Shown: one piece after another, positions 26,266-35,022 of the stretch | How positions within the stretch are numbered: position 1 is the first letter of the stretch | How the letters are laid out: each line of letters opens with the position of its first letter | Assembly: GCF_945957345.1 (NCBI RefSeq) | Contig: NZ_CAMFKW010000010.1 | Location: 9,231 to 73,230, forward strand | DNA length: 64,000 bases | Direction: 5' to 3' | DNA from: an uncultured Bosea sp. | GTDB taxonomy: Bacteria > Pseudomonadota > Alphaproteobacteria > Rhizobiales > Beijerinckiaceae | Program-made: the position numbers and the translations under genes | Notes under the pieces: model-generated | What the model was told of the DNA's origin: nothing | Seen by the model: only the letters and a program-made list of their open reading frames with translations | Database searches by the model: none

Positions 26266-28659
26266 ATGCCCGAGCCCGACAAGACCCTGCTCGACAGTCC
26301 GGGACGCTGGCCGCTCGCCAGCGTCTGCGCGATCGTGTTCATCGCCTGGCTCGCCTTGTCCTGGCCCTGGCTGTCGGGCACCGTCACCATTCCCTGGGAC
26401 GCCAAAGCGCATTTCCATCCGCAGCTCCAGTTCCTCGCCGATGCCTGGCACAAGGGCCTCTCGCCCTTCTGGACGCCCTATGTCTTTTCCGGTTCGCCGC
26501 AAGTCGCCGATCCGCAATCTCTAATCTTCTCGCCCTCCTTCGCCTTGATCGCCGCGCTGAACCCCGCTCCCGATTTCCGCTGGAGCGACGGCGCCCTGCT
26601 CGGCACCTTGCTGCTCGGCGCACTCGCGATCGTCGTGATCTTCCGCGACCGCGGCTGGCATCCGGCCGGTGCCGTCGTCGCCGCCCTCTCCTTCGCTTTC
26701 GGCGCGGCCGCAGCCTGGCGCATCCAGCATGTCGGGCAGGTCCTGAGCCTCAGCTATTTCGCGATCACGCTGTTCCTGCTCTCGCGGGCGCTGGAACGCG
26801 GCTCGATCGGCTATGGCTTCGCCGCCGGCATCATCTCAGGCTTCATGGTTCTGGGCCGTGATCAGGTCGCGCTTCTTGGCGTCTATGTGCTCGCCGGCCT
26901 CACCATCACCGCGATCCTGATGGCGCAAAGCCCTTGGCGCGCTTTCCGCGCCAGCCTGCCGCCGCTCATCGCCGGCACGGTCGGCGCCATTCTGGTTGCT
27001 ACGATCCCGATCCTGCTGACCGCCTTCATCGCGCAGGAATCGAACCGTCCCGCCATCGATTTCGTCGAGGCCGGCAAGGGCTCGCTCCACCCGGCGGCCC
27101 TGCTGACCGGGCTCTTCGCCAATCTCTATGGCGCGGCCGGCCCGCTCGCCGATTTCTGGGGTGCACCGAGCCCGGCCTGGGAAGCGCGCTTCGGCCCGCT
27201 CAGCCTCTTCCTCGCCCGCAACATGAGCCAGCTCTATCTCGGCCTGCTGCCGATGGGCCTGATCCTCACCATCGGCTTCGTCCGCGGCGCGCTCTGGCGA
27301 CGCGAGATCGTCCCACTCACCGTCGCGGCGATCGTCGTCCTGCTCTTCGCGCTCGGCCGCTATACGCCGGCCTTCAGGGTGCTGTTCGAGCTGCCCGGCA
27401 TCAGCTTCTACCGCCGCCCGGCCGACGCTCTCTTCATTCTCGGCGCCCTGCTCGCCCTGCTCGGCGGCTACCTGACCCATCTCGTCATGACGGGAGCCGC
27501 TCCGAAGGCGCGACCCTGGCAGATCGCGCTCGAGGCCCTGATCTTCATCGGCGCGCTCGCGCTTGCGCTCTGGCTGGCCTGGACGGTCGGGCGCATCCCT
27601 GTCGCGATCATGCCCCTCGTCATGGCCGCGCTATGCGGAATGCTCTCGCTCGGTAGCCTCGTCGCCGCTCACGGCCTGGCGAAGCGGGGCTCCGTGCTCG
27701 CCGCGACCTTGATTCTCGCCGCGACGCTGACCATCGACCTCGCGGTCAATAACGGCCCGAGCGAGTCCACCGCCCTGCCCGCGCAAACCTATGATGTGCT
27801 GCGCAAGGACAGCACCAACGACACCATCGCCCTTTTGAAGCGCGAGACGGCCCGCACCATGGCGCCTGATCGGCGCGACCGCATCGAACTCGCCGGCATC
27901 GGCTTCCACTGGCCCAATGCCAGCCTCGTCCACGATCTCGACAACACGCTGGGTTACAACCCGCTCCGGCTCGGCCTCTACACTAAGGCGACCGGCGCCG
28001 GTGACCATGTCGCCCTGCCCGACCAGCGCACCTTCTCCCCGCTGATGCCGGGCTATCGCTCGTTGCTCGCCGACATGCTCGGCCTGCGCTTCATCGCGAC
28101 CGGCGTCCCCGTCGAGGAGATCGACAAGCGCCTCAAGCCCGGCGACCTCAAGCAGATCGCCCGCACCAAGGACGCCTTCGTCTACGAGAACCCGCGCGCC
28201 CTGCCCCGTGTGCTGCTCGTCCCGCAGGCGCAGACGGCCGATTTCGATGCGATCCTGGCAAGCGGGCAATGGCCCCAGGGCTTCGACCCCACCCGGACCG
28301 CGCTGCTGGACCACGCCGTACCTCCGCCTCTCCCGAGCCCGGCCCTGCCGCTGCTGGACCGGGGCGGCCGCGAGCTACCCGGGTCGGCCCGGATCGTCGA
28401 CTACGGCACGACGCAGGTCCTGCTCGAAGCCGATGCGCCGCGCGGCGGCTATCTCGTGCTCAACGATGTCTGGCACCATTGGTGGCAGGTCGAGATCGAC
28501 GGCCAGCCCGCCGAATTGCTGCGCGCCAACGTCCTGTTCCGTGCTGTCGTCGTGCCGCCCGGCAAATCGACGGTGCGCTTCGTCTTCCGTCCGCTGGACG
28601 GGCTCTGGCACGATATCGTCGCCTATCTGCGCAAGCCTCAGGCAAGGCAGCCGGGCTAG
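26266..28659 (+). CDS. YfhO-like polytopic membrane protein (putative GT-C fold glycosyltransferase)
   Basis: More than 10 TM segments; PFWTPYVFSGSPQVADPQSLIFSP loop; C-terminal GYLVLNDVWHHWWQVEIDG...ANVLFRAV typical of YfhO-type proteins. Confidence 0.65.
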   Translation: MPEPDKTLLDSPGRWPLASVCAIVFIAWLALSWPWLSGTVTIPWDAKAHFHPQLQFLADAWHKGLSPFWTPYVFSGSPQVADPQSLIFSPSFALIAALNPAPDFRWSDGALLGTLLLGALAIVVIFRDRGWHPAGAVVAALSFAFGAAAAWRIQHVGQVLSLSYFAITLFLLSRALERGSIGYGFAAGIISGFMVLGRDQVALLGVYVLAGLTITAILMAQSPWRAFRASLPPLIAGTVGAILVATIPILLTAFIAQESNRPAIDFVEAGKGSLHPAALLTGLFANLYGAAGPLADFWGAPSPAWEARFGPLSLFLARNMSQLYLGLLPMGLILTIGFVRGALWRREIVPLTVAAIVVLLFALGRYTPAFRVLFELPGISFYRRPADALFILGALLALLGGYLTHLVMTGAAPKARPWQIALEALIFIGALALALWLAWTVGRIPVAIMPLVMAALCGMLSLGSLVAAHGLAKRGSVLAATLILAATLTIDLAVNNGPSESTALPAQTYDVLRKDSTNDTIALLKRETARTMAPDRRDRIELAGIGFHWPNASLVHDLDNTLGYNPLRLGLYTKATGAGDHVALPDQRTFSPLMPGYRSLLADMLGLRFIATGVPVEEIDKRLKPGDLKQIARTKDAFVYENPRALPRVLLVPQAQTADFDAILASGQWPQGFDPTRTALLDHAVPPPLPSPALPLLDRGGRELPGSARIVDYGTTQVLLEADAPRGGYLVLNDVWHHWWQVEIDGQPAELLRANVLFRAVVVPPGKSTVRFVFRPLDGLWHDIVAYLRKPQARQPG

Positions 28660-28760
28660 CGGCCGGGCATCGCCAGCAGGCGAAATTCCCACTCCTGCCA
28701 GGTTCCGCCGCTATCGCGTGGCAGGCAGCCCCGCAGACGATCGATACCTGTGAGACGACG

Positions 28761-30293
28761 ATGACGGCGACGACCGCTTCGACCCAGAGCGAGAGGAAAG
28801 CGACGCGGCGCGAATGGATCGGCCTGATCGCGATCGCCCTGCCCTGCATGATCTATTCGATGGATCTGACGGTGCTGAATCTCGCGGTGCCGACGCTGAC
28901 GCGCGAGTTGAAGCCGAGCGCCAGCCAGCTCCTCTGGATCATCGACATCTACGGCTTCATGGTCGCAGGCTTCCTGATGACCATGGGCACGCTGGGGGAC
29001 CGTATCGGCCGTCGCCGCCTGCTGATGATCGGCGCCGCCTTCTTCGGCGTCGCCTCGACCGTCGCCGCCTTCTCGAACAGCGCCGAGATGCTGATCGCGA
29101 TGCGTGCCGTGCTCGGCATCGCCGGCGCGACGCTGGCGCCCTCGACGCTTTCGCTGATCACCGTGATGTTCACCGACGAGAAGGAGCGCACCTTCGCGAT
29201 CTCGATGTGGATCGCCAGCTTCTCGGTCGGTGCCATTGTCGGCCCGGTCGCGGGCGGTTTCCTGATCGAGTATTTCTGGTGGGGCTCGGTCTTCCTGATC
29301 GCGGTGCCGCCGATGCTGCTCCTGCTCGCGATCGGTCCGGTGTTGCTGCCGGAGTACCGCGCTCCGGATGCCGGTCGCATCGACATCCTCAGCGCCCTGC
29401 TCTCGCTCGCTGCCGTGCTCGGCCTGATCTACGGCATCAAGCACTGGGCGGCCGACGGCTTCGACTGGGTGGGCGCAGCCGCGATCCTCGTCGGGCTCGC
29501 CTTCGTCGGGATCTTCATTCGCCGTCAGAAGCGGCTCCCCGATCCGATGGTCGATCTCGCCATGTTCCGCATCCCGGCCTTTCGGGCGGCGCTGGCGATC
29601 AACCTCGCCGGCATCCTCTTCATGTTCGGCAGCTTCATCTTCGTGGCGCAGTATTTCCAGCTCGTCGCCGGCTTGACGCCATTGCAGGCCGGGTTCTGGT
29701 CCCTGCCCTCGGCGATCGCCTTCACCCTCGCCTCCATCGTCACGCCGGCGCTGGTCGGCCGCTACAAGCTGGCGACGCTGATGGCCGGCGGCATGGCGGT
29801 TTCGGCACTCGGCTTCGTCTGGCTCGTCTTCGCGCCAGGCCTGGTGCAGATTGTCGCGGCCTCGGTCGTGTTCTCGATCGGCTTCACGCCGGTGATCACG
29901 CTGACGACCGGCATCGTCGTTGGCTCGGCTCCGCCCGAGCGAACCGGGGCAGCGTCGGCCATGTCGGAAACCTCAGTGGAACTTGGCGGAGCGCTCGGCA
30001 TCGCCGTGCTCGGCAGCCTCGGCGCCGCGCTCTATCGCAGCCGCATGGCGGATATCGCAGTGCCCGGCATCGGCACGGATGCGCTCGCCCCCGCGCGCTC
30101 GACGCTGGGCGGCGCGCTGGCGCTGGCTTCAGGACTGTCGGCGGATCAGGCCGCGCCGATGCTGGCGCGCGCCAGCGAGGCCTTCATGGCCGGCTTCCGG
30201 GCCTCCGCCATGCTCTCGATCGTCGGCATGCTGTTCTGTATTGCCGTCATCCTGACGAGCTTGCGCGACGCCAAGTCCGGCGGCGCGCACTGA
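28761..30293 (+). CDS. MFS drug:H+ antiporter-2 (QacA/EmrB-like, 14 TM)
   Basis: MDLTVLNLAVP, WIIDIY, GTLGDRIGRRR, GPVAGG and GAASAMSET. Confidence 0.9.
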   Translation: MTATTASTQSERKATRREWIGLIAIALPCMIYSMDLTVLNLAVPTLTRELKPSASQLLWIIDIYGFMVAGFLMTMGTLGDRIGRRRLLMIGAAFFGVASTVAAFSNSAEMLIAMRAVLGIAGATLAPSTLSLITVMFTDEKERTFAISMWIASFSVGAIVGPVAGGFLIEYFWWGSVFLIAVPPMLLLLAIGPVLLPEYRAPDAGRIDILSALLSLAAVLGLIYGIKHWAADGFDWVGAAAILVGLAFVGIFIRRQKRLPDPMVDLAMFRIPAFRAALAINLAGILFMFGSFIFVAQYFQLVAGLTPLQAGFWSLPSAIAFTLASIVTPALVGRYKLATLMAGGMAVSALGFVWLVFAPGLVQIVAASVVFSIGFTPVITLTTGIVVGSAPPERTGAASAMSETSVELGGALGIAVLGSLGAALYRSRMADIAVPGIGTDALAPARSTLGGALALASGLSADQAAPMLARASEAFMAGFRASAMLSIVGMLFCIAVILTSLRDAKSGGAH

Positions 30294-30302
30294 GCGTCGG
30301 CT

Positions 30303-31163
30303 TCAGGCCAGCGCACCCATCGCCGCGATCGGCTGGACGGGGAGCCCGTCCAGCACCTTGGCGAGGCCGGCCGGTTCGACCTCCCCGCCGCGCATCGTCT
30401 CGTCGCGGTGGATGCCACCGGCAATGAACAGGCTATCGAAGCCCATCAGGCGCGCGCCGGCCAAATCGGTGCGCACGGCGTCGCCGATCACCAGCACCTT
30501 GCCGGGCTCGACCGAACGGCCGCCCCGCGCATCGGCCGCTGCCGCGAGCGCGAGGTCATAGGCCGGGCGATAGGGTTTGCCGGCCCAGGCGACGGAGCCA
30601 CCGAGCTGCTCGTAGATCGTCGCGAGCGCGCCAGCGCAGGGCAGCAGGTCCTCGCCGACATGCACGACGAGATCGGGATTGCCGCAGATGAAGGGCAGGC
30701 CGCGCCGGGCGAAGCGCTCCAATAGCGGCCGATACTGCTCCGGCGTCTCGGTGCGGTAGTCGTTGAGCTCGGTCGCGACGACGATATCGGCCTTGTCCTC
30801 GTCGACCAGCTCGACATCGAGACCCTCGAAAACGGCCCGATCGCTCTGCCAGCCGATATGATAGGCGCGCTTGTGGTGGCTTTGCGCGATCAGCGCACGC
30901 GTCACGTCGCCGGAGGTGACGAGCCGGTCCCAGGCCTCGCGCGGCACGCGCTTGGCGTCGAGCAGTCCGGCGACCTGCTGCGACGGCCCCGGCGCATTCG
31001 AGAGCAGCACCACCGTGCCGCCGCGCTCGCGGAAGGCCATCAGCGCGTCGCAGGCCGGCTCCAGAGCCCAGAGCCCGTCATGCACGACGCCCCAGACATC
31101 GCTGATCAGCACATCGTAGCCGGCGAGGAGATCGCCCGCCCGCTTCAGAACCCGCACGTTCAT
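30303..31163 (-). CDS. HAD-superfamily subfamily IIA hydrolase
   Basis: DVWGVVHDG, LLSNAP, GKPY and IGDAVRTDLAGA. Confidence 0.88.
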   Translation of the reverse strand: MNVRVLKRAGDLLAGYDVLISDVWGVVHDGLWALEPACDALMAFRERGGTVVLLSNAPGPSQQVAGLLDAKRVPREAWDRLVTSGDVTRALIAQSHHKRAYHIGWQSDRAVFEGLDVELVDEDKADIVVATELNDYRTETPEQYRPLLERFARRGLPFICGNPDLVVHVGEDLLPCAGALATIYEQLGGSVAWAGKPYRPAYDLALAAAADARGGRSVEPGKVLVIGDAVRTDLAGARLMGFDSLFIAGGIHRDETMRGGEVEPAGLAKVLDGLPVQPIAAMGALA

Positions 31164-32101
31164 CAGGACCGCGCCTCCGCGGCGATGCGCGCCTCGACAT
31201 CGGCGCGGCGCGGCAGCGGCGCCACCGCCCCATAGCCCAGCGTCGACAAGGCCGCCGCGACATTGGCATAGGCACCGGCCGCGAAGGCATCGCCCGTGCG
31301 CAGATACTCGGCGAGGAAGGCGCCGTCATAGCAATCGCCCGCACCGGTCGCGTCGATCGCATCGACCTTGATCGGCCGGAACCGCTCACGCCGCACCGGC
31401 GTCGCCACCAGCGAACCCTCATGGCCGAGCGTCAGCGCGACCACGCGCGCGCCGAGCCCGAGATAGAAATCGACGATGGCGTCGGGATTGTTCAGGCCCG
31501 TGAGCTGCGTCGCGTCGTCGAGGCCGGGCAGGATGATGTCGGCCATGGCGCAGGCGGCATGAATGATCGCCTTGGCCCGGGTCAGCGGCCAGAGCTTCAG
31601 GCGCAGGTTGGTGTCATATGCGGTGAGCACGCCGGCCTTGCGCGCGGTGTCGAAAGCCTCGAACACGGCATCGCAGGCGCTGGCCGAGATCGCCTGGCTG
31701 ATGCCGGAGGCCTGGATGATCCGTGCGGAACGGATCAGGTCGCGCGGCAGGTCGCGCGGCCCGTAGAGGCTCGCGGCCGAGCCGGCACGCAGATAGGAGA
31801 AGACGTGGCCGGAAGGGCCGTGATCGACGAAATAGAGCCCGGTCGGCGCGCTCGGATGGGTGGCGACATGCGTGTCGTCGACGCCTTCGCGCTTCCACAG
31901 GCCACGGATCGAATGCCCGGCGCTGTCATCGCCCAGCGCCCCGAGATAGCCGACCGACATGCCCTGCCGCGCCGCCGCGACCGCGCAGTTCGAGGTATCG
32001 CCGCCATGGCCGAACAGGAAGCCGCCGCTCTCGGCGTGGGTCGCGTTGAACTCGCCGAGCGGTTCGCCGAGGCAAAGGAGATCGAAGCGGCTGTCGGTCA
32101 C
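31163..32101 (-). CDS. PfkB-family sugar kinase (KdgK-like)
   Basis: GGDTSNCAVAAARQG, YDTNLR and DATGAGDCYDGAF. Translationally coupled to the HAD gene. Confidence 0.85.
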   Translation of the reverse strand: MTDSRFDLLCLGEPLGEFNATHAESGGFLFGHGGDTSNCAVAAARQGMSVGYLGALGDDSAGHSIRGLWKREGVDDTHVATHPSAPTGLYFVDHGPSGHVFSYLRAGSAASLYGPRDLPRDLIRSARIIQASGISQAISASACDAVFEAFDTARKAGVLTAYDTNLRLKLWPLTRAKAIIHAACAMADIILPGLDDATQLTGLNNPDAIVDFYLGLGARVVALTLGHEGSLVATPVRRERFRPIKVDAIDATGAGDCYDGAFLAEYLRTGDAFAAGAYANVAAALSTLGYGAVAPLPRRADVEARIAAEARS

Positions 32102-32148
32102 GTTTCAAACCATTCAGATGGCGCGGAATGCCAGGGAATACAGCCTTC

Positions 32149-32180
32149 CTAGAGCATCGAATGGCAAAGTGAAATCCGGT
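32149..32180. repeat. Degenerate partial copy of the element at 50163
   Basis: CTAGAGCATCGAATGGCAAAGTGAAATCCGGT resembles TAGCATCGGTTCGAAAACTGGGAACCGG. Confidence 0.3.
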
Positions 32181-32227
32181 GTCGGCGAAGAATTCGACAG
32201 TCGGTCGGCGATGGCAAATGGCCGCGC

Positions 32228-33472
32228 CTATTCCGCCGCTTCGCGCTTCGGCGCCGCATTCATGAGTCGGTCGGCCAGCTTGACGATTTCCTGGCGCAGA
32301 GCCGTGTCCTTGGCTCCCGCCCCCCCGGCTTTGCGCAAGGCCGAAATCTCGTCCATGAGCTGGGTCCGGTCGGTTCTCGCCTGGGTCAGAGCACCCTGCA
32401 GGGTCTGGAGCTCGGCCCGCAATATCGCGATCTGGCTCTCGCGTTCGTTTTGGGCGTCCTGCAAGGTCGCGATCTCCTCCCGGTTCCGCCGCTTGGCCGC
32501 CTCATGATCGTCCTTTGCGGCGGTCAGCGCCAAGTCCAGCGCTCCGCGCATGTCCCTGGTCGCGGCATGCTCGGCCTGTTCCTGCCGAAGCTGCGTGTCG
32601 AGCTGCTGCGCCGCGACACCCGCCGCGCTGGCGCGGGCATCGGCCGCGGCAAGCCCGGCTTCGGCCTGTGCGGCGCGCGCGTCAAAGGCATCGGCCCGCA
32701 CCCGCTCGCCGTCGCGCTCGCCGGTCATCGCGGAAAGGGCTGCCTCGCTGCCTGCAAGGCGCTTTTCGGTCAGGGCGAGCTTATCGGCAAGATCGTCGCC
32801 CTTGCCTTGCAGAACCAGAATGCGGGTCCCGTCCTCGACATGCTCGACGCGCAGCTTTTCGGCAGTGCTGCGGCTCTCGGCCAATTCCCGTTCACGCTCA
32901 GCCAGAAGCGCTTCGATCCGCCCAACGGTCTCGCGTTCCCTGGCCAGCTCGTCATTGCGCGTGTTCAGGTCTGCGCCGGTGCCGGTCAAGGCCGAGCGAA
33001 CTTCTTCCAGGCTGCGTTCGACGCTTGCGAGATCGGCGACCCGCTTCTCCAGCGCCGCGGTCGTTTCGCCGTGGTTTGTACGCTCGCTCGCAAGCGCGGC
33101 CCGCGTGTTGGAAAGGTCGCTGCGTGTCCTCGCCAGATCGGTTTCGAGCCCATCGATACGGCCGTCACGCTCACCGAGCTCGCGTTCCAGCCGGCCGATC
33201 GTCATGTCGCGCCGGCCCAGCTCCTGCATGGCTCCGGCCTTGGCGGCAAAGCCGCGCTCCGCATCCTGCTCGGCCGAGCGCATGCGCAGCGCAAGCTCGG
33301 CGCGCAGGTGATCGCGATCGGCGGCGATTTCGGCAAGCGACAACGGGAATGCAGCTTCGGCCCGCTTGCGCGCCAGCCTGTCGGCCCGCCGCGCCAGCGC
33401 CGGCACGGCCGCGAGGGCCAGCAAGGCGGCACAGAGGAAGCCGAGCGCGAACAGCATGGCGGCTTCGATCAA
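32228..33472 (-). CDS. Membrane-anchored long coiled-coil protein
   Basis: One N-terminal TM helix followed by ARRADRL...PLSLAEIAADRDHLRAE and about 330 aa of heptad-rich Ala/Glu/Arg sequence. TTG start with GGGAG upstream. Confidence 0.8.
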   Translation of the reverse strand: MIEAAMLFALGFLCAALLALAAVPALARRADRLARKRAEAAFPLSLAEIAADRDHLRAELALRMRSAEQDAERGFAAKAGAMQELGRRDMTIGRLERELGERDGRIDGLETDLARTRSDLSNTRAALASERTNHGETTAALEKRVADLASVERSLEEVRSALTGTGADLNTRNDELARERETVGRIEALLAERERELAESRSTAEKLRVEHVEDGTRILVLQGKGDDLADKLALTEKRLAGSEAALSAMTGERDGERVRADAFDARAAQAEAGLAAADARASAAGVAAQQLDTQLRQEQAEHAATRDMRGALDLALTAAKDDHEAAKRRNREEIATLQDAQNERESQIAILRAELQTLQGALTQARTDRTQLMDEISALRKAGGAGAKDTALRQEIVKLADRLMNAAPKREAAE

Positions 33473-33585
33473 GTCTCAGGGCTCCCGCATGAGGGCTGAG
33501 GTCGAATCTGCCATGACGGCCGCGTTATGACCAGAGACAGTCCGTCCGATATCAGGACGTTCCTGAAACTTCCGCCGGCCAACGG

Positions 33586-34173
33586 CTAGAACGGGTTCCA
33601 GGTCGCCTGCTGCGTGAACTTGAGATAGCCGAGATTGACGCCGAGACGCCAGCCGACACCGGTACGGATCGGGACGACCATGATGCCTTCCGCCGTCAAC
33701 GCGGTGAAGCCGAAGCCGCCGATGAAATAGGCCGAACCGTCCACCCCCGCGAAGCGCTGGTAGAGCGCGTCGACCACCGGCAGGTTGTAGACCAGCATCA
33801 TCGTGCGGGCGCCCTCGCCGCCGAAATCGAAGCCGATCGACGGCCCCTGCCAGAACACACGGCGATCGCCGGCATTGCGCGTATAGAGCTGGCCCTCGCC
33901 ATAGCGCAGGCCGCCGACGAAGGCGCCGGAGGCTTCCTGGCCGAGGACATAGCCGTTCGGCTCGCCCCAGCGGCGCACCGCCTCCTCGATCGTCAGCGCG
34001 AGGCCGCGCGACACGTTGCCGAAGAACTTGTGGCCGGAGCCGACCAACTCGTTCTGGCTGAACGACTGCTGGTTCTGGTAGTTCTGGGCGCGCGCGGCAA
34101 GCGGCATTCCGCTCAGGCTCGCGCCGGCCACGGCGAGACCGCCCGTGATCAGGTTGCGGCGGGTCTGGGTCAT
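33586..34173 (-). CDS. eipA: DUF1134 / envelope integrity protein EipA
   Basis: GEPNGYVLGQEASGAFVGGLRYGEG, FWQGPSIGFD, PIRTGVGWRLGVNLGYLKFT and Tat-like TRRNLI. Linkage to chpT-ctrA matches known eipA synteny. Alternative start 34182. Confidence 0.85.
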   Translation of the reverse strand: MTQTRRNLITGGLAVAGASLSGMPLAARAQNYQNQQSFSQNELVGSGHKFFGNVSRGLALTIEEAVRRWGEPNGYVLGQEASGAFVGGLRYGEGQLYTRNAGDRRVFWQGPSIGFDFGGEGARTMMLVYNLPVVDALYQRFAGVDGSAYFIGGFGFTALTAEGIMVVPIRTGVGWRLGVNLGYLKFTQQATWNPF

Positions 34174-34364
34174 CAGCGACATCTCCAGGCAGGGCGCCAG
34201 ACAAGGCAGGACGCCGGGGCGGTTCGATCGTCCGTCCGCCCGGCACCGGCGGCGGCTGCGTGGCAGCCGGCTCGGGATGGATGCGGCACGGGCCGGGAGG
34301 CGGGCCGATCCTGGGCCATCCGCCGCCCGACCGAACGTCGAAACGGGACGTCCGGCGAATGCGA

Positions 34365-34387
34365 ATCAATTCGGTAACGAATTTGAT
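34365..34387. promoter_or_regulatory. AT-rich imperfect palindrome in the eipA/YHS divergent region
   Basis: ATCAATTCG-GTAA-CGAATTTGAT, with GANTC sites at 34363 and 34415. Confidence 0.3.
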
Positions 34388-34467
34388 ACGCTGCAAATCT
34401 ATCCAAGGCGTGAAGATTCCGGAGAGCCATTTGGCCCGGGACGGGACTTGCCAAAGGATTTGGTGCG

Positions 34468-35019
34468 ATGAAGGCCGCAACAAGGCAGCGTTGGCTCTCG
34501 CTCGCCGCAGGCTTCCTCGCGCTCTCCCCGATCGGCCAGATGGCGCTCGCCAGCGCACCGCTGGCCGCGCCCGAGACCCCCGCCCTCTCCTCGACCCTGC
34601 CCTCGGGCCTGCCGGGCCTGCCTTCGCTCGGCGAGGTGATGCAGCGGAACCTGAGCACCGGCCTCGCTATCAACGGCTTCGATCCGGTTTCCTACCGGCT
34701 AGGGGCAAAGCCTGCGGCCGGACGTCCCGAATACGAACTCCTCCAGGATCGGTTCGTCTGGCGCTTCGCCTCGCAGGCCAATCTCGAAGCTTTCCGGGAC
34801 GCCCCCGATGTCTACACGCCTGCTTTCGGCGGGTTCGACCCGACCGGCATCGCCAAGGGTGTCGCGGTCGAGAGCGACCCGAGCCAATTCGCGGTTATCG
34901 GATCGCGTCTGTATCTGTTCCGCTCCGCCGACAACCGGCAGCGGTTCCTGCAAAATGCCGAATTGCTGGCGCAGGCGGAAAATCGCTGGGACGCGGTGCT
35001 GCGCTTGATCGCCCGCTAG
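34468..35019 (+). CDS. Exported YHS-domain protein
   Basis: Signal peptide; AINGFDPVSY, WRFASQANLEAF, YTPAFGGFD and LYLF. Confidence 0.8.
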   Translation: MKAATRQRWLSLAAGFLALSPIGQMALASAPLAAPETPALSSTLPSGLPGLPSLGEVMQRNLSTGLAINGFDPVSYRLGAKPAAGRPEYELLQDRFVWRFASQANLEAFRDAPDVYTPAFGGFDPTGIAKGVAVESDPSQFAVIGSRLYLFRSADNRQRFLQNAELLAQAENRWDAVLRLIAR

Positions 35020-35022
35020 GCC

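Noticed and set aside
34365-34387. ATCAA...TTGAT read as an FNR/FixK box
   Set aside because: The half-sites are in the wrong order and spacing; the FNR box is TTGAT-N4-ATCAA.
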